Source: an uncultured Holophagales bacterium
GTDB lineage: Bacteria > Acidobacteriota > Thermoanaerobaculia > Multivoradales > UBA5704
Length of the DNA stretch: 64,000 nt
Assembly: GCA_963842525.1 (NCBI GenBank)
Contig: CAWJGT010000003.1
Span: 1,536,001 to 1,600,000, forward strand
Direction of reading: 5' to 3'
Part shown: positions 20,115 to 32,100 of the stretch, one piece after another
How positions within the stretch are numbered: the first letter of the stretch is position 1
Layout of the letters: every line of letters begins with the position of its first letter
The notes under the pieces: model-generated
Database searches by the model: none
The model's input: only the letters and a program-made list of their open reading frames with translations
Told to the model about the DNA's origin: nothing
Made by a program: the position numbers and the translations under genes

Positions 20115-23100
20115 CTAACCCCTCGCCCGCTGTGCCTTCTGCAGGCGCTGCCGGCGGAAGTCCCGGCCCTCGCGGAGCTTTTCGGATCGATCGGGCTCCG
20201 GGCGGGACGCAGCCGGTCCTGCTTCCGGTTTCGCGATCCCCGAACCGATCAGATGCCGCGCAAGCAGGCCCACGCTCGGGTGGTTGAACATCTCGACCAG
20301 GGAGATCTCCCGGTCGAGCGCCTGGTACAGCGCGTTGTGGAAGCGGACCACGTGCACCGACGTGGCGCCGAGGTCGAAGAAGTTGTCGTCTACGCCCACC
20401 CGCGGCAGCCCGAGCACCTCGGTCACCACGCCGGCGAGGACCCGCTCCAGCTCCGTCTCCGGCGCCACGTAGGGCCGGGTGGCCGGCTTCGCTTCCGCCT
20501 GTAGCGCATCCGGAGGCGGCAGGGCCTTGCGGTCGACCTTGCCGTTGAGGCTCAAGGGGATCTCCTCCAGACGCACGAAGTGGGCGGGCACCATGTACTC
20601 GGGGAGCCGGCCGTGCAGGTGCTCCCGCAGGTCGGCGAGGACCTCGCGCTCCGGCCGCGGGGCCGGCGGCGGCGCGCCCTCCGGTCCGAGCAGGCGCACC
20701 AGCTCGCGGTCTTGGGCCGCTTCGGCCTGGAAGGCGGCGAGCCCGGTCTGGCCAGCGGCGAGCCGGCCGCCCAGGATCGCGTGTACCAGCTCGTGGCTCT
20801 CATCCAGGCCGAAGTGCCTCCGGACCTCGCCGAAGCGGACACCGCCCACCTGCGACAGGCCGATCCGGCGCTCCGGCGCCGACATCTCCAGGAGCTGGGT
20901 CATCAGACCCGCCTCCAGGAGCGCGAAGTCCCGGGCGCGCTCGCCGTAGAGCGGCGCGATCGCAGCCATCCGCGCAATCAGGAAGACGGCGAACGCCGCC
21001 TCCTCGAAGGTCGCCCGGTTGACCGGGTCGTAGAGCGAAGCGTCGAGCCCGGCCCCGGCGAGCCGTGCCAGCCGGTGCTCCCGCGGGTCGTAGTAGTAGA
21101 TCCCCTCGTCCAGTGCTTCCACCCGGCCCGGCTTGATCCAGAGATGGGCCTGGACCGGGTAGAGGTTCCCCGCTGAGCCGTAGCGGAGCTTGGGGAACGG
21201 CGACCCTTCGACGTCCACCTGAAGGAGGCAGGAGAGGAACCCGGCGAGGTCGTCCAACGGGACGGGCTCGCGCAGGAACTTGCGGAAGCTGCGCCGCCGC
21301 AGGTAGCGGGCCTCCAGCTCCTCCGGCGTCAGCTCCGGCCGTTTCAGAGAGACGGTTGCGAAGTCTCCGAGGTCGCGGCGCAGGCCGTGGTGCTGGAGCT
21401 TGAAGCGCAGCCGCTCCACCGGATCGACCGGAGCCGCCGGAGCAGGGGGCTGCTCGTCGCGCAGGACGACCCAGGCGACGAGCTGTTTGGTCCCCTGGCG
21501 CTCCCCCACGGCATCGACGACCGCCGCGGCCACGGCCGGGTGGCGGGACAGGGCAGCCTCGATCTCGCCGAGCTCGATGCGGTGCCCCTGGACCTTCACC
21601 TGGAAGTCGTCGCGGCCGAGGAACTCGATGTTGCCGTCCGGCAGCAGGCGCCCGAGGTCGCCGGTACGATAGAGCCGTTCGCCGGTCCGCGGATGGACGA
21701 TAAAAGCGGCGGCGGTCTTCTTCTCGTCGCGCCAGTACCCCCGGGCCAGGCCGGCGCCGCCGATATAGAGGTGCCCCAAGACCCAGACCGGCCGCGGCTC
21801 CAGCTCCTCGTCGAGCACATGGAACCGCTGGCTCGCCATGGCCTTGCCGTAGGGGATGCTCGCCCAGCCCGGCGCGACCTCGCCGATGGGATAGAGGATC
21901 GACCAGATCGACGCCTCGGTGGCGCCGCCCAGGCTGATCACACGGGCCCCTGGGAACGCCGCCCGTACGCGGTCCGGCAGGCGCAACGGGATCCAGTCGC
22001 CGGAGAGAAGGACCGCGCGCAGCGGGAAGCCCGGCACGTCCGGACGCCCCTCCCCGTACTCGACGAGCATCTCTATCAGGGCCGGCACGGTGTTCCAGAC
22101 CGTCACGCCGGTGCGCGCCGCGAGCTCGGCCCAGTGGGCAGGGTTGCGCTCCGTCCCGGGATCAGGTACGACCACGGCGCCGCCCGCCGCCAGCAGCCCG
22201 AAGAGGTCCCAGACCGAGAGGTCGAAGCTCAGCGAAGACAGGGCGAGGACCCGGTCGCCCGGGCCGGTCCCGAGCCGCTGGTTGACGTCCATCACGGTGT
22301 TGAGGGCGCCGCGGTGGTCGATCATCACTCCCTTGGGCTGGCCCGTGGAGCCGGAGGTGAAGATCACGTACGCCAGATCGCCGGGCCGCTGGATCGGCGG
22401 CAGCGGCTCGCCGCGCGCCGCAGAGAGCATCTCCGTGCACACGGCGATGGGCTCGACGCCGGGCGGCCCATCGAGATCGATTCCGCTCTGCGTCAGCGCG
22501 ATCGACACCTCGCCGCTCTCCAGGAGGTGGCGGATCCGCTCGCGTGGCAGGCGGGCGTCGACCGGCAGGTAGGCGGCGCCGGCGCGGAGGATGGCGAGGA
22601 CCGCCAGCGCCTGCTCCCAGCCCTTGTCCATGACTACCGCGACCAGGGTGTCGGGGCGGGCGCCGAGGTGCCGCAGGCGGCGCGCCAGGGCCAGGGAGGC
22701 ACGGTCGAGCTCGCCGTAGGTGACCGTGCGGCGCGAGGTGATCACCGCCGGCGCGTCCGGGCGCCGCCGGGCCTGCACCAGGAACGGCTCGTGGAGGAGA
22801 CGGGACGGGACCGGAGCGTCCGTGGCGTTGGCCTCGGCGATCAGCGCCCGGTGGGCCGCGGGCAGCAGGTCGCAGACCGGCTCGCGCCAGGCCTCCTCCC
22901 CCTCCGCGAGGCGCTGCACCAGCCGGCCGTACGCCGCGAACATGTCGTCGAGCAGACCGGGCGGGAAGAGCTCCTCGACCGCGTCCCAGCTCCAGGCCAG
23001 GACGCCGCCGGACTCGGCCACCTGGTGGTCGAGCCAGACCTGGGGCGTCTGGGTGATGCTGTAGACCGTCTCGCCGTCGAAGGGGCTCTCCGTCTCCGCC

Positions 23101-26100
23101 TCGTCGCCGGTCCCGGCCTGGTTGAGGGTGCTGGTAAAGACCACGGGCATCAGGGTGCCCGGGCCGCCCTGGACGCGGGCCAGCTCGCGCAGCACGCGGA
23201 CGCCGCTGACCAGCCAGTTCTCCAGGTCGTCCCAGAGCCGGCCCTGGAGGCGGCGCGCCCGCTCCTCGAACGGCTCGCCGGGCAGCGGCTCGGAGGCGAG
23301 GAGGGTCAGCGAGGTGAAGTCGCCGACGATGCGGTCCACCTCGGGGTGGAGCGGCGGCCGGTTGAACAGGGTCAGGTTGAGGGTCAGCCGCGGGCTCTGG
23401 CTCCACGCCGCCAGCACCTGGGCGTAGGCCGCGGCCAGCAGGCTCGACGGCGTGAGAGCCACGCGGGCCGCCCGGACCTTGAGGCGCGACCAGGCGTCCC
23501 GCTCGAGGCTTGCCCGCCGGCGCACGAAGCGCGGCGCGGCAAGCGACGACGGGCTCTGCGCCAGCGGCAGGGCGGGCGAGGGGGGGAGGCTCGCGAGCCG
23601 GCCGCGCCAGTAGTGGAACGCCCGCCGGTACGCCTCCGTCTCGTGGAGGGCCGCCTCGGCCAGAACGCAATCGCGGAAGGAGAGCGTGAGCGGCTCGAGC
23701 TCCGTCCCGGGATCGGCATAGAGGAGCGCCAGCTCGCGCCCCAGGAGGCGGAAGCTCCAGGCGTCGCCGATCAGGAGGTCGAGGCTGACGTGCAGCCGCG
23801 TGCGGCCGCCGGGGAGCCGCGAGGCCGCGATCTCGAAGAGCGGCCAGCGGTCGCTGGGGAGGACCTGATGCGACAGGCGGCCGCGCACAGCTTCCAGGGC
23901 CTCCTCCTCCGCGGCGTTCGCCGCCTGCCGCAGGTCCACCACGCCGATCCGGTAGGGGGGCACCTCGGGAAGGATGCGCTGCCGGCCGTCGGGCTGGACC
24001 ACGGCCCGCAGCATGCTGTGGCGGTCGATGAGGCGCCGCAGGGCCGACTCCAGCCGGGCCAGGTCGAGCCCGCGGAGGTCCACTTCGAAGTAGATGTGGG
24101 TCGCGACCGAGCCCAGCTCCAGGGCGCCGCTGCGGCCGATCCAATACGCTTCCTGGACGTCGGTCAGCGGGAACGGGAGGTGCATCGAGGCCGGGTCGGG
24201 CACGAGGCGCGGCAGGGCCACGTCCGCCGGCTCACCTTCCGGCCGCGCAGCCACGGCAGCGGCAAGCCCGGCCACCGTCGGGTTTTCGAACAGCACCCGC
24301 AGCGGCAGATCGGCGCCGAAGTCCTGCTGGATCCGGTACATCAGCCGGGTGGCCAGGATGGAGTGGCCGCCGAGCTCGAAGAAGTTGTCCTGCGCGCCCA
24401 CCCGCTCCACGCCCAGGATGTCGCCCCAGAGTGCTGTCATCGACTCCTCCACCGGTCCCCGCGGCGCCACCCAATCCGCGGCGGCGGTCTCCCGGCGCGA
24501 GGGCGTCACCGCGCGGACGGTCCTGGCGGCCAGGGGCGCGAGCAGCGGCAGCTCCGAGAGGCGCTGCCCGGGATCGGCGGCGGCGCCGGCGAGCAGGGCT
24601 GCGAGCTGCGCGGCAAGGCGCTCGGCCGTGGTGCGGTCGAACAGGTCGGCGTTGTGCTCCAGGGAACCGGCGAGGCCGTCCTCCACCTCGGCGAAGGAGA
24701 GAAGCAGCTCCAACTTGGCCGCGCCGGTGGCGACCGGCTGCAGCGACAGGGCGAGCCCGGGGAGCTGGAGTCGCTGCGCCGGGGCGTTCTGCAGGATGAC
24801 CATCACCTGGAAGAGCGGCGGCCGGGCCAGATCGCGCGGCGGCTGCAGCTCCTCCACCAACTTCTCGAAGGGGAGGTCCTGGAGGGCGTAGGCATCGAGA
24901 GCGGCCTCGCGTACCCGGCCGAGCAGGGTGCGGAACGCCGGGTCGCCTGCGAGGTCGCCGCGCAACGGCAGGGTGTTGAGGAAGAGGCCGATCAGGTCCT
25001 CCACCTCCGGACGGTTGCGGCCGGCCACGGGTGTGCCCACCACCAGGTCGTCCTGGCCGCTCACGCGGTGGAGGAGGACCTGGAAGGCGGCGAGCAGCGC
25101 CATGAAAAGGCTCGCCCCCTCGCCACGGGCCAGAGCCAGGAGGTCCGCCGCCGCCCCGCGGTCCAGGCGGAAGGGCACGCTGCCACCGCGGAAGCTCTGT
25201 ACCGGCGGGTACGGACGGTCGGTGGAGAGGTCGAGGGCAACGGGGGCTCCGGCGAGGCGCGCGCGCCAGCGGTCCGCGAGCCGCGCTACCGTCTCAGGGG
25301 TCAGCCAGCGCCGTTGCCAGGCAGCGAAGTCGGCGTACTGGACCGGGAGCTCCGGCAGGGACGCGCTCCCGCCCTCCAGAGCCGCGGCATAGAAGGCCGA
25401 GAGCTCGCGTACGAAGATGCCGACCGACCAGGCGTCGCAGACGATGTGGTGCGCCACCAGGAGAACACCGTGCTCCCGCGCGCCGAGCCGGAACAGGGTT
25501 GCAAGCAGGAGCGGCCCGGCCGCGAGGTTGAACGGCCGCGCGGCCCCGGAGGCAGCCTGCCAGTCCAATTCGGCGTCGCGCCGGCCGGCCGGCAGGGCCG
25601 CCAGATCGACCATGGGCAGAGGAACCGCGGCGGCCGGCGCGATCACCTGCCGCGGCTCGCCCGCGACCGCCGGGAAGGTGGTGCGCAGGGCCTCATGGCG
25701 GCGGACCACCCTGGCCAGGGCCGCCGCCAGGGCCGTTGCATCGAGGCCGCCCTCCAGACGGAGGAGGGCTGGCAGGTTGTACGAGCCGCTCCGCTCCAGC
25801 CGGTCGAGGAACCAGAGCCGCTGCTGGGCGAAGGAGAGGGGGATCTCTCCGTCGCGCCCGGTGGGTACGACCGGCGGGGCCTCGGGGGCACGGCCGACCC
25901 GCATCGCGGAGGCGAGGCGGCCGGCGAGCCCGCGCACCGTGGGCCGTTCGAAGATCCAGCGCACCGGCGGCGTGACACCCAGGGCGCGCCCGGCGCGGGA
26001 GGCGATCCGTGTCGCCAGCAGAGAGTGCCCGCCCAGGGCGAAGAAGTCGTCGTCGATCCCCACGCGCCCGGCGCCCAGCACCTCGGCAAAGAGGCTGGCC

Positions 26101-29100
26101 AGCAGCTCCTCCACCGGATCGCGGGGCGCTGCGAAGGCGGCGGCCGGGGCGGCGGCCTGCGGCGCCGGCAGGGCCTTGCGGTCCACCTTCCGGTTCGGGG
26201 TGAGGGGGAGGGCCGGCAGGACGACGAAGGCGGAGGGCGCCATGTAGTCGGGCAGCCTCTCGCGGAGCCAGGAGGAGAGCGCCGGTTTGAAATCCGACGG
26301 ATCGGTCGGATTAGTCGGATCGGTCGGATCGGGGACCACGTAGCCCACGAGCCGCAGGTCGCCACGGTCCTGGCGGGCCACCACCACAGCCTGGGCCACG
26401 GCGGGGTGCAGGCAGAGGGCCGCCTCGATCTCCCCCAGCTCGATGCGGTGGCCGCGGATCTTGACCTGCTGGTCGGCGCGGCCGAGAAAGACCAGCCGGC
26501 CGTCCGCCTGCGGCCTGGCGAGGTCGCCGGTGCGGTAGAGGCGGGCCCCGGGCGCCTCTGCGACCGGATCGGGCACGAACCGCTCGGCGGTCAGCTCCGG
26601 CCGGCCGAGGTAGCCGCGCGCCAGTCCCGCGCCGCCGAGGAAGACCTCGCCGGTCATCCCGAGAGGCACTGGCTGCATCCGGCGGTCGAGGACGTAGATC
26701 TGCGTCGCGGCCACCGGCCGGCCCAGCGGGACCGCCCCGTCGTGGTCACGGTCGACACGGAGCACGGCCGACCAGACCGTTGTCTCGGTCGGGCCGTAGA
26801 GGTTCCACAGCTCGCTGCCGCGCCGCCGCAGGCTCGCTGCCAGGTCGCCCAGGAGCGCTTCGCCGCCGGAGAGGATGCGCAGGAGGCCGGCCCCCTCCTC
26901 CCATCCCGCTTCGAGGAGCAGCCGCCAGGTGGACGGCGTGGCCTGGACCACGGTGGCGCCCGATCCGCGGACGCGCTCCAGCAGGCGGCGGCCGTCGCGG
27001 ACCACCTCGCCCGGGGCGATCTCCAGCCGCGCGCCGGCGAGGAGCGGGAGATAGAGCTCCAGCGCCGCGATGTTGAACGACAGCGAGGTAACGGCGAGGA
27101 GCGTGTCCGCAGCCGACAGCCCCGGCTCGCGGAGCATGGAGAGGAGGAAGTTGGCCAGGGCGCCGTGGGGGATCTGCACGCCTTTCGGCGTCCCCGTGGA
27201 GCCCGAGGTGTAGATCACATAGGCCAGGTTGTCCGGACCGGCGCCGCCATCCCCCGCCTCCACGCTGCTCTCCTCGATCCGATCGACGAGGAGCAGGCGG
27301 GCGCCGTGCTCCGGCAGGGAGCCGGCCAGCGCGCTGTGGGAGACCAGGGCACAGACCCCGCTGTGGCGCAGCATGAAGGCGAGCCGCTCGGCGGGATAGG
27401 ACGGATCGAGGGGGACGTAGGCGCCCCCCGCCTTCCACACCGCCAGGGCGGCGGCAAGCAGCTCAGGGGAGCGTTCCAGGGCGATGCCGACCCGCACCTC
27501 AGGACCGACGCCCACGGCGCGCAGCGCTCCGGCCAGCCGCCCCGCCCGCGCCTCCAGCTCCTGGTAGGTCCAGCGCCCGCCGTCGAAGACCACCGCCACG
27601 GCATCAGGCGTGAGCGCGGCCTGCGCGGCCACGAGCTGATGGACGCAGGCCGCGGGAGCCAGGTGTCCGGGAGCGCTCCAGCCGGTGACGAGCTGGCGTT
27701 GCTCGGCCTCGCCGAGGATCGGCAGCTCGGAGATCCGGCGCTCCGGCCCGGCCGCCGCCGCGGCCAGAAGCTGGACGAAGTGCCCGGCCCAGCGCGCGGC
27801 GGTGGCGGCGTCGATCAGGTCCGCTTTGTATTCGAGATAGCCGGCGATCCCGCCGTCCATCTCGAGGAGGGAGACTGTGAGGTCGAAACGCGCCACGCCG
27901 TGGAAAGAGTCGAGGGGGCGCAGCGTCAGGCGATCCGTGGACGCCATGGCCTCCGCCGGCGCGTTCTGCAGGATGAAGAGGGCCTGGAACAGCGGCGAGT
28001 GGCCGAGGCTGCGCTCCGGCCGCAGCTCCTCCACGAGCTTTTCGAAGGGCAGCTCCTGGTGGTCGAAGGCGCCCAGGGCCGCTCCGCGCACCCGTGCCAG
28101 AGCCTCGGCGAAGGCCGGATCGCCTCCGAGGTCCGTGCGCAGCACCAGGGTGTTGATGAACAGGCCGATCAGGCCCTCCACCTCGGCGCGGGTCCGGCCG
28201 GCGATGGGAGAGCCCACGGCCAGATCCTCCTGGCCGGTATAACGGTAGAGGAGGACGTCGAAGGCGGTCAGAAGAGTCATGAAGAGGGTGGCGCCCCGCC
28301 CCAGGCCGAGGGCGTTCAGCGCCGCCGTCAAGTCCGCCGGGATGGAGATCGCCTGCCGCCCTCCCCGGAAGGTCTCGACAGCCGGCCGTGGCCGGTCCGT
28401 GGGCAGCTCCAGCAGCGGGGGCTCTGGGGTCAGCAGCTCCTTCCACCAGGCGAGGAGCTCCACCATCACAGGGCCGGAAAGCCCTTGCCGCTGCCAGTGT
28501 GCGAAGTCGGCGTACTGGATCGGCAGCTCCGCCAGGGGTGAAGGAGCGCCGGCGGTGAAGGCCTGGTACAAGGTCCGCAGCTCGTGGACGAGGATCCCCA
28601 GCGACCAGCCGTCGGAGACGATGTGATGCTGGTTGACCAAGAACAGATGGTCGCGCCCGCCGAGAAGCACGACGGCGGCGCGGAGCAACGGTCCGCGAAC
28701 CAGGTCGAAGGGCCGCCGCGGCTCCTCCGAGGCCAGACGTAGCGCCTCGGCCTCCCGGCGATCCGCTGCGAGGGCGGTCAGGTCCACCAGTGGAAGAGGG
28801 ACCGGGGAGGGTGGCGAGATCCTCGGCGCCGGAGTCCCCTCGGCGGCGGGGAAGATAGTGCGCAGCACCGTGTGGCGCCGCACCACCTCGCTCAGGGCGC
28901 TCTCCAGGGCCGCCGGATCGAGGTCGCCGTCCAGGCGGATCGCTGCGGGGATGTTGTAGGCGGCGCTGCCGGGGTCGAGCTGATCGAGGAACCAGAGCCT
29001 CTCCTGGGCGAAGGAAAGGGGCAGAACGGCCTCGCCCTGGGGCAGCGGCGCAAGCGGCGGCGCCTTGGGCCCCACGGCAGTCCGTGCCGCTGACTCGGCC

Positions 29101-32100
29101 CGCTCCGCGAGCTCCGCCGGCGTGGGTGCGTTGAAGAGCGTCTCGATCCGCAGCTCGACTCCGGTCTCCTCCCGGAGACGGGTGAGGAGCCGGGTGCCGA
29201 GCAGCGAGTGGCCGCCCAGCGCGAAGAAGCTGTCGTGGATCCCGGCGGCCTCGACCCCGAGGAGCTGTTCGAACATCCGGGCGATCCGCGCCTCGGTCTC
29301 GGTGCGGGGAGGCGCGTACGTCCTCCGCAGGCCCGTGCGCGGAAGGGCTGTGGCGGCGAGAGCCTGAGGCCTGTCGTGCGCCGGCTCGGCCGGGGGCAGC
29401 GAGCGTCCGCTTCGCTGCTCCCGCGCCGGCTCGATCCAGTAGCGGCGGCGCTGGAAGGCATAGGCCGGCAGAGGCAGCCGCCGCCGGCGTTCTCCGGCGT
29501 GCAGGGCCTCCCAACCCACCTCGGCCCCAGCCAGCCAGAGCCTGCCGAGCGCGTCCAGCAGGAAAGCTTCGTCGGGCTGCCGGTCGTAGGCATGGGGCAG
29601 CGAGGGGACGGCGGTCCTCGGGGCGTCGCCCTGCGCCGCGGGGTGCTGGAGCGCCAGGGACGACAACCCGTTGCCCGGCCCTACTTCGAGGAGCACCCGC
29701 GAGGGGTCCGCGAGCAGCGTCGCCAGGGCGTCCGAGAAGCGGACGGCGCCGCAGAGGTGGCGAGCCCAGTAGCCGGGGTCCGTCGCCTCCTCGGGGGTCA
29801 TCCACCGGCCTGTCACGTTGGACAGACAGGGGATGGCCGGCGGCGCCAGCGATATCTGCCGCACTCGCTCCGTCAGCTCGCCGGCGATCGCCTCCATCTG
29901 CCGCGAGTGGAAGGCGTGGGTGGTCGGAAGCTCCCGGGAGGGGATCCCCTCGGCGGTGAGGTTCGCGGCCAGAGCTGCGGCCTCCTCCGGCGGGCCCGAG
30001 ACGACCGAAAGCTGCGGCCCGTTGACCGCGGCGAGATCAAGCCCGGCCGATAGCCGCGGGCGCAGCTCCTCCTCCGGCATCGGCACGGCGAGCATGGAGC
30101 CGGCGGGGAGCGCCTCGATGAGGCGTGCCCGCTCGGCCACGAGCCAGAGTGCGTCCTCCAGAGAGAAGACCCCCGCCAGGCAGGCCGCCAGGTACTCGCC
30201 CAGGCTGTAGCCGAGGAGCGCAGAGGGCGCGATGCCCCACGACATCCAGAGGCGGGCCAGGGCATAGCTCACGGCGAAGACCGCCGGCTGGGCGAAAAGA
30301 GTGCGGTCGAGCCGCCGGGCCGCCTCACCTTCCCGGCGACCGCGGCCCACCAGGCGGCGCAGGTCGAGCCCTCCTTCCTCTTCGCGGATCCCGGCGAAGA
30401 TCACCTCCCGCAGATCGCAGCCGAGATGCCCGCGCAGCACCTCGGCGCAGCGGTCGAGCTCCTCCCGGAAAACGGGCTCGCTCGCGTAGAGGCCACGCCC
30501 CATCCCCAGGTAGTGGTCGCCGACGCCGGGAAACAGGAAGGCCACTGGCCGGCTCCCCGGCTCCTGGAACGCCGTCGACAGCCGGTGGGGGTCGCGGCCG
30601 GCCAGAGCGAGGCGGGCCTCCTTGACATCACGGCAGACGAGGGTGCGGCGCCAAGGGAAGGGGCGGCGGCCTGCCTGGAGGGTCCAGGCCACGTCCGCCA
30701 ACCCGGCTTCGGAGTGGCGGTCGAGCCAGCCGGCCAAGCGGTCCGTGGCCGCTTCGAGGGCCTCCTCGCTGCGGGCCGAGAGCACCAGGAGCTGCCAGGG
30801 GCGCGCCGGGGAGCCCGGCTCGCTCTCCGGCGCCTCTTCGAGCACGAGGTGGACGTTGGTGCCTCCGATGCCGAACGAGCTCACGCCGGCCCGCCGCGGA
30901 CCCCGGTCTGCCGGCCAGTCCGCCAGGCGGGCGTTGACATAGAACGGGCTCGCCGCAAAGTCGATCTTCGGGTTCGGCGTCTCGAAGTGGAGACTCGGGG
31001 GGATCTGCCGGTGCTCCAGGGAGAGCACGGTCTTGATCAGGCTGGTGACGCCGGCGGCGGCTCCCAGATGCCCGACGCTCGTCTTGGCCGAGCCGATGGG
31101 GCACCGGCCCGTCTTCTCCATCGGGCCGAACGCCCGGGTCAGAGCCGCCACCTCGATGGGGTCGCCCAGCTCGGTCCCGCAGCCGTGGCACTCGACATAG
31201 CCGATGGATTCCGGCGCGATCCCGGCGAGATCCTGGGCCTCTGCGATCACCTCCGCCTGCCCCTCGATGCTGGACGCCGTGTAACCGACCCTGCACGAGC
31301 CGTCGTTGTTCATGGCCGAGCCCCGGATGACGGCGCGGATCTGGTCGCCGTCGGCCAGGGCGTCCTCCAGGCGCCTGAGGACGACGAGGCCGACGCCGCC
31401 GCCGTAGATCGAGCCGTCGGCCTTCGCGTCGAAGGCCCGGCAACGCCCGGTGGACGAGTCGAGGCCCCCTTCCTGGTAGAGATAGCCCGTCACCTGGGGC
31501 ACCTTGATCGAGACGCCGCCAGCCAGCGCCATGTCGCAGTCGCCGACGAAGAGAGCCCGGCACGCGAGGTGGACCGCCACCAGAGAGGTGGAGCAGGCCG
31601 TCTGGACGTTGACGCTCGGCCCGCGCAAGTCGAGCTTGTAGGAGGCCTGCGTGGCCAGGAAGTCGCGGTCCGTGGCGATGGCCATGTGGTAGCCGCCGAG
31701 CTCCTGGAGCAGCTCCGGACGGGACAGGAGATGGTTCAGAAAATAGGTCGACACCGTCACGCCAGCGTGGAGGCCGATCCGGCCGGCGAAGCGGCGGCTG
31801 TCGTAGCCGGCGTTCTCCAGCGCCTCCCAGGCGCACTCCAGGAACACCCGGAGCTGGGGGTCCATGATCTCGGCCTGGCGCGGCGCATAGTCGAAGAAGC
31901 CGGCGTCGAAGAGATCGGCATCCTCCAGCACGCCCCGGGCCTTGACGTACTTGGGGTGGCGAACCAGCTCCGGATCGATACCGGCGGCGAGGAGCTCCTC
32001 GTCGGTGAAGGACGACACGGCGTCCACGCCGTCGCGCAGGTTGGCCCAGAAGCGGTCGAGATCGCGCGCCCTGGGGAAACGCCCGGCCATGCCGATGACA

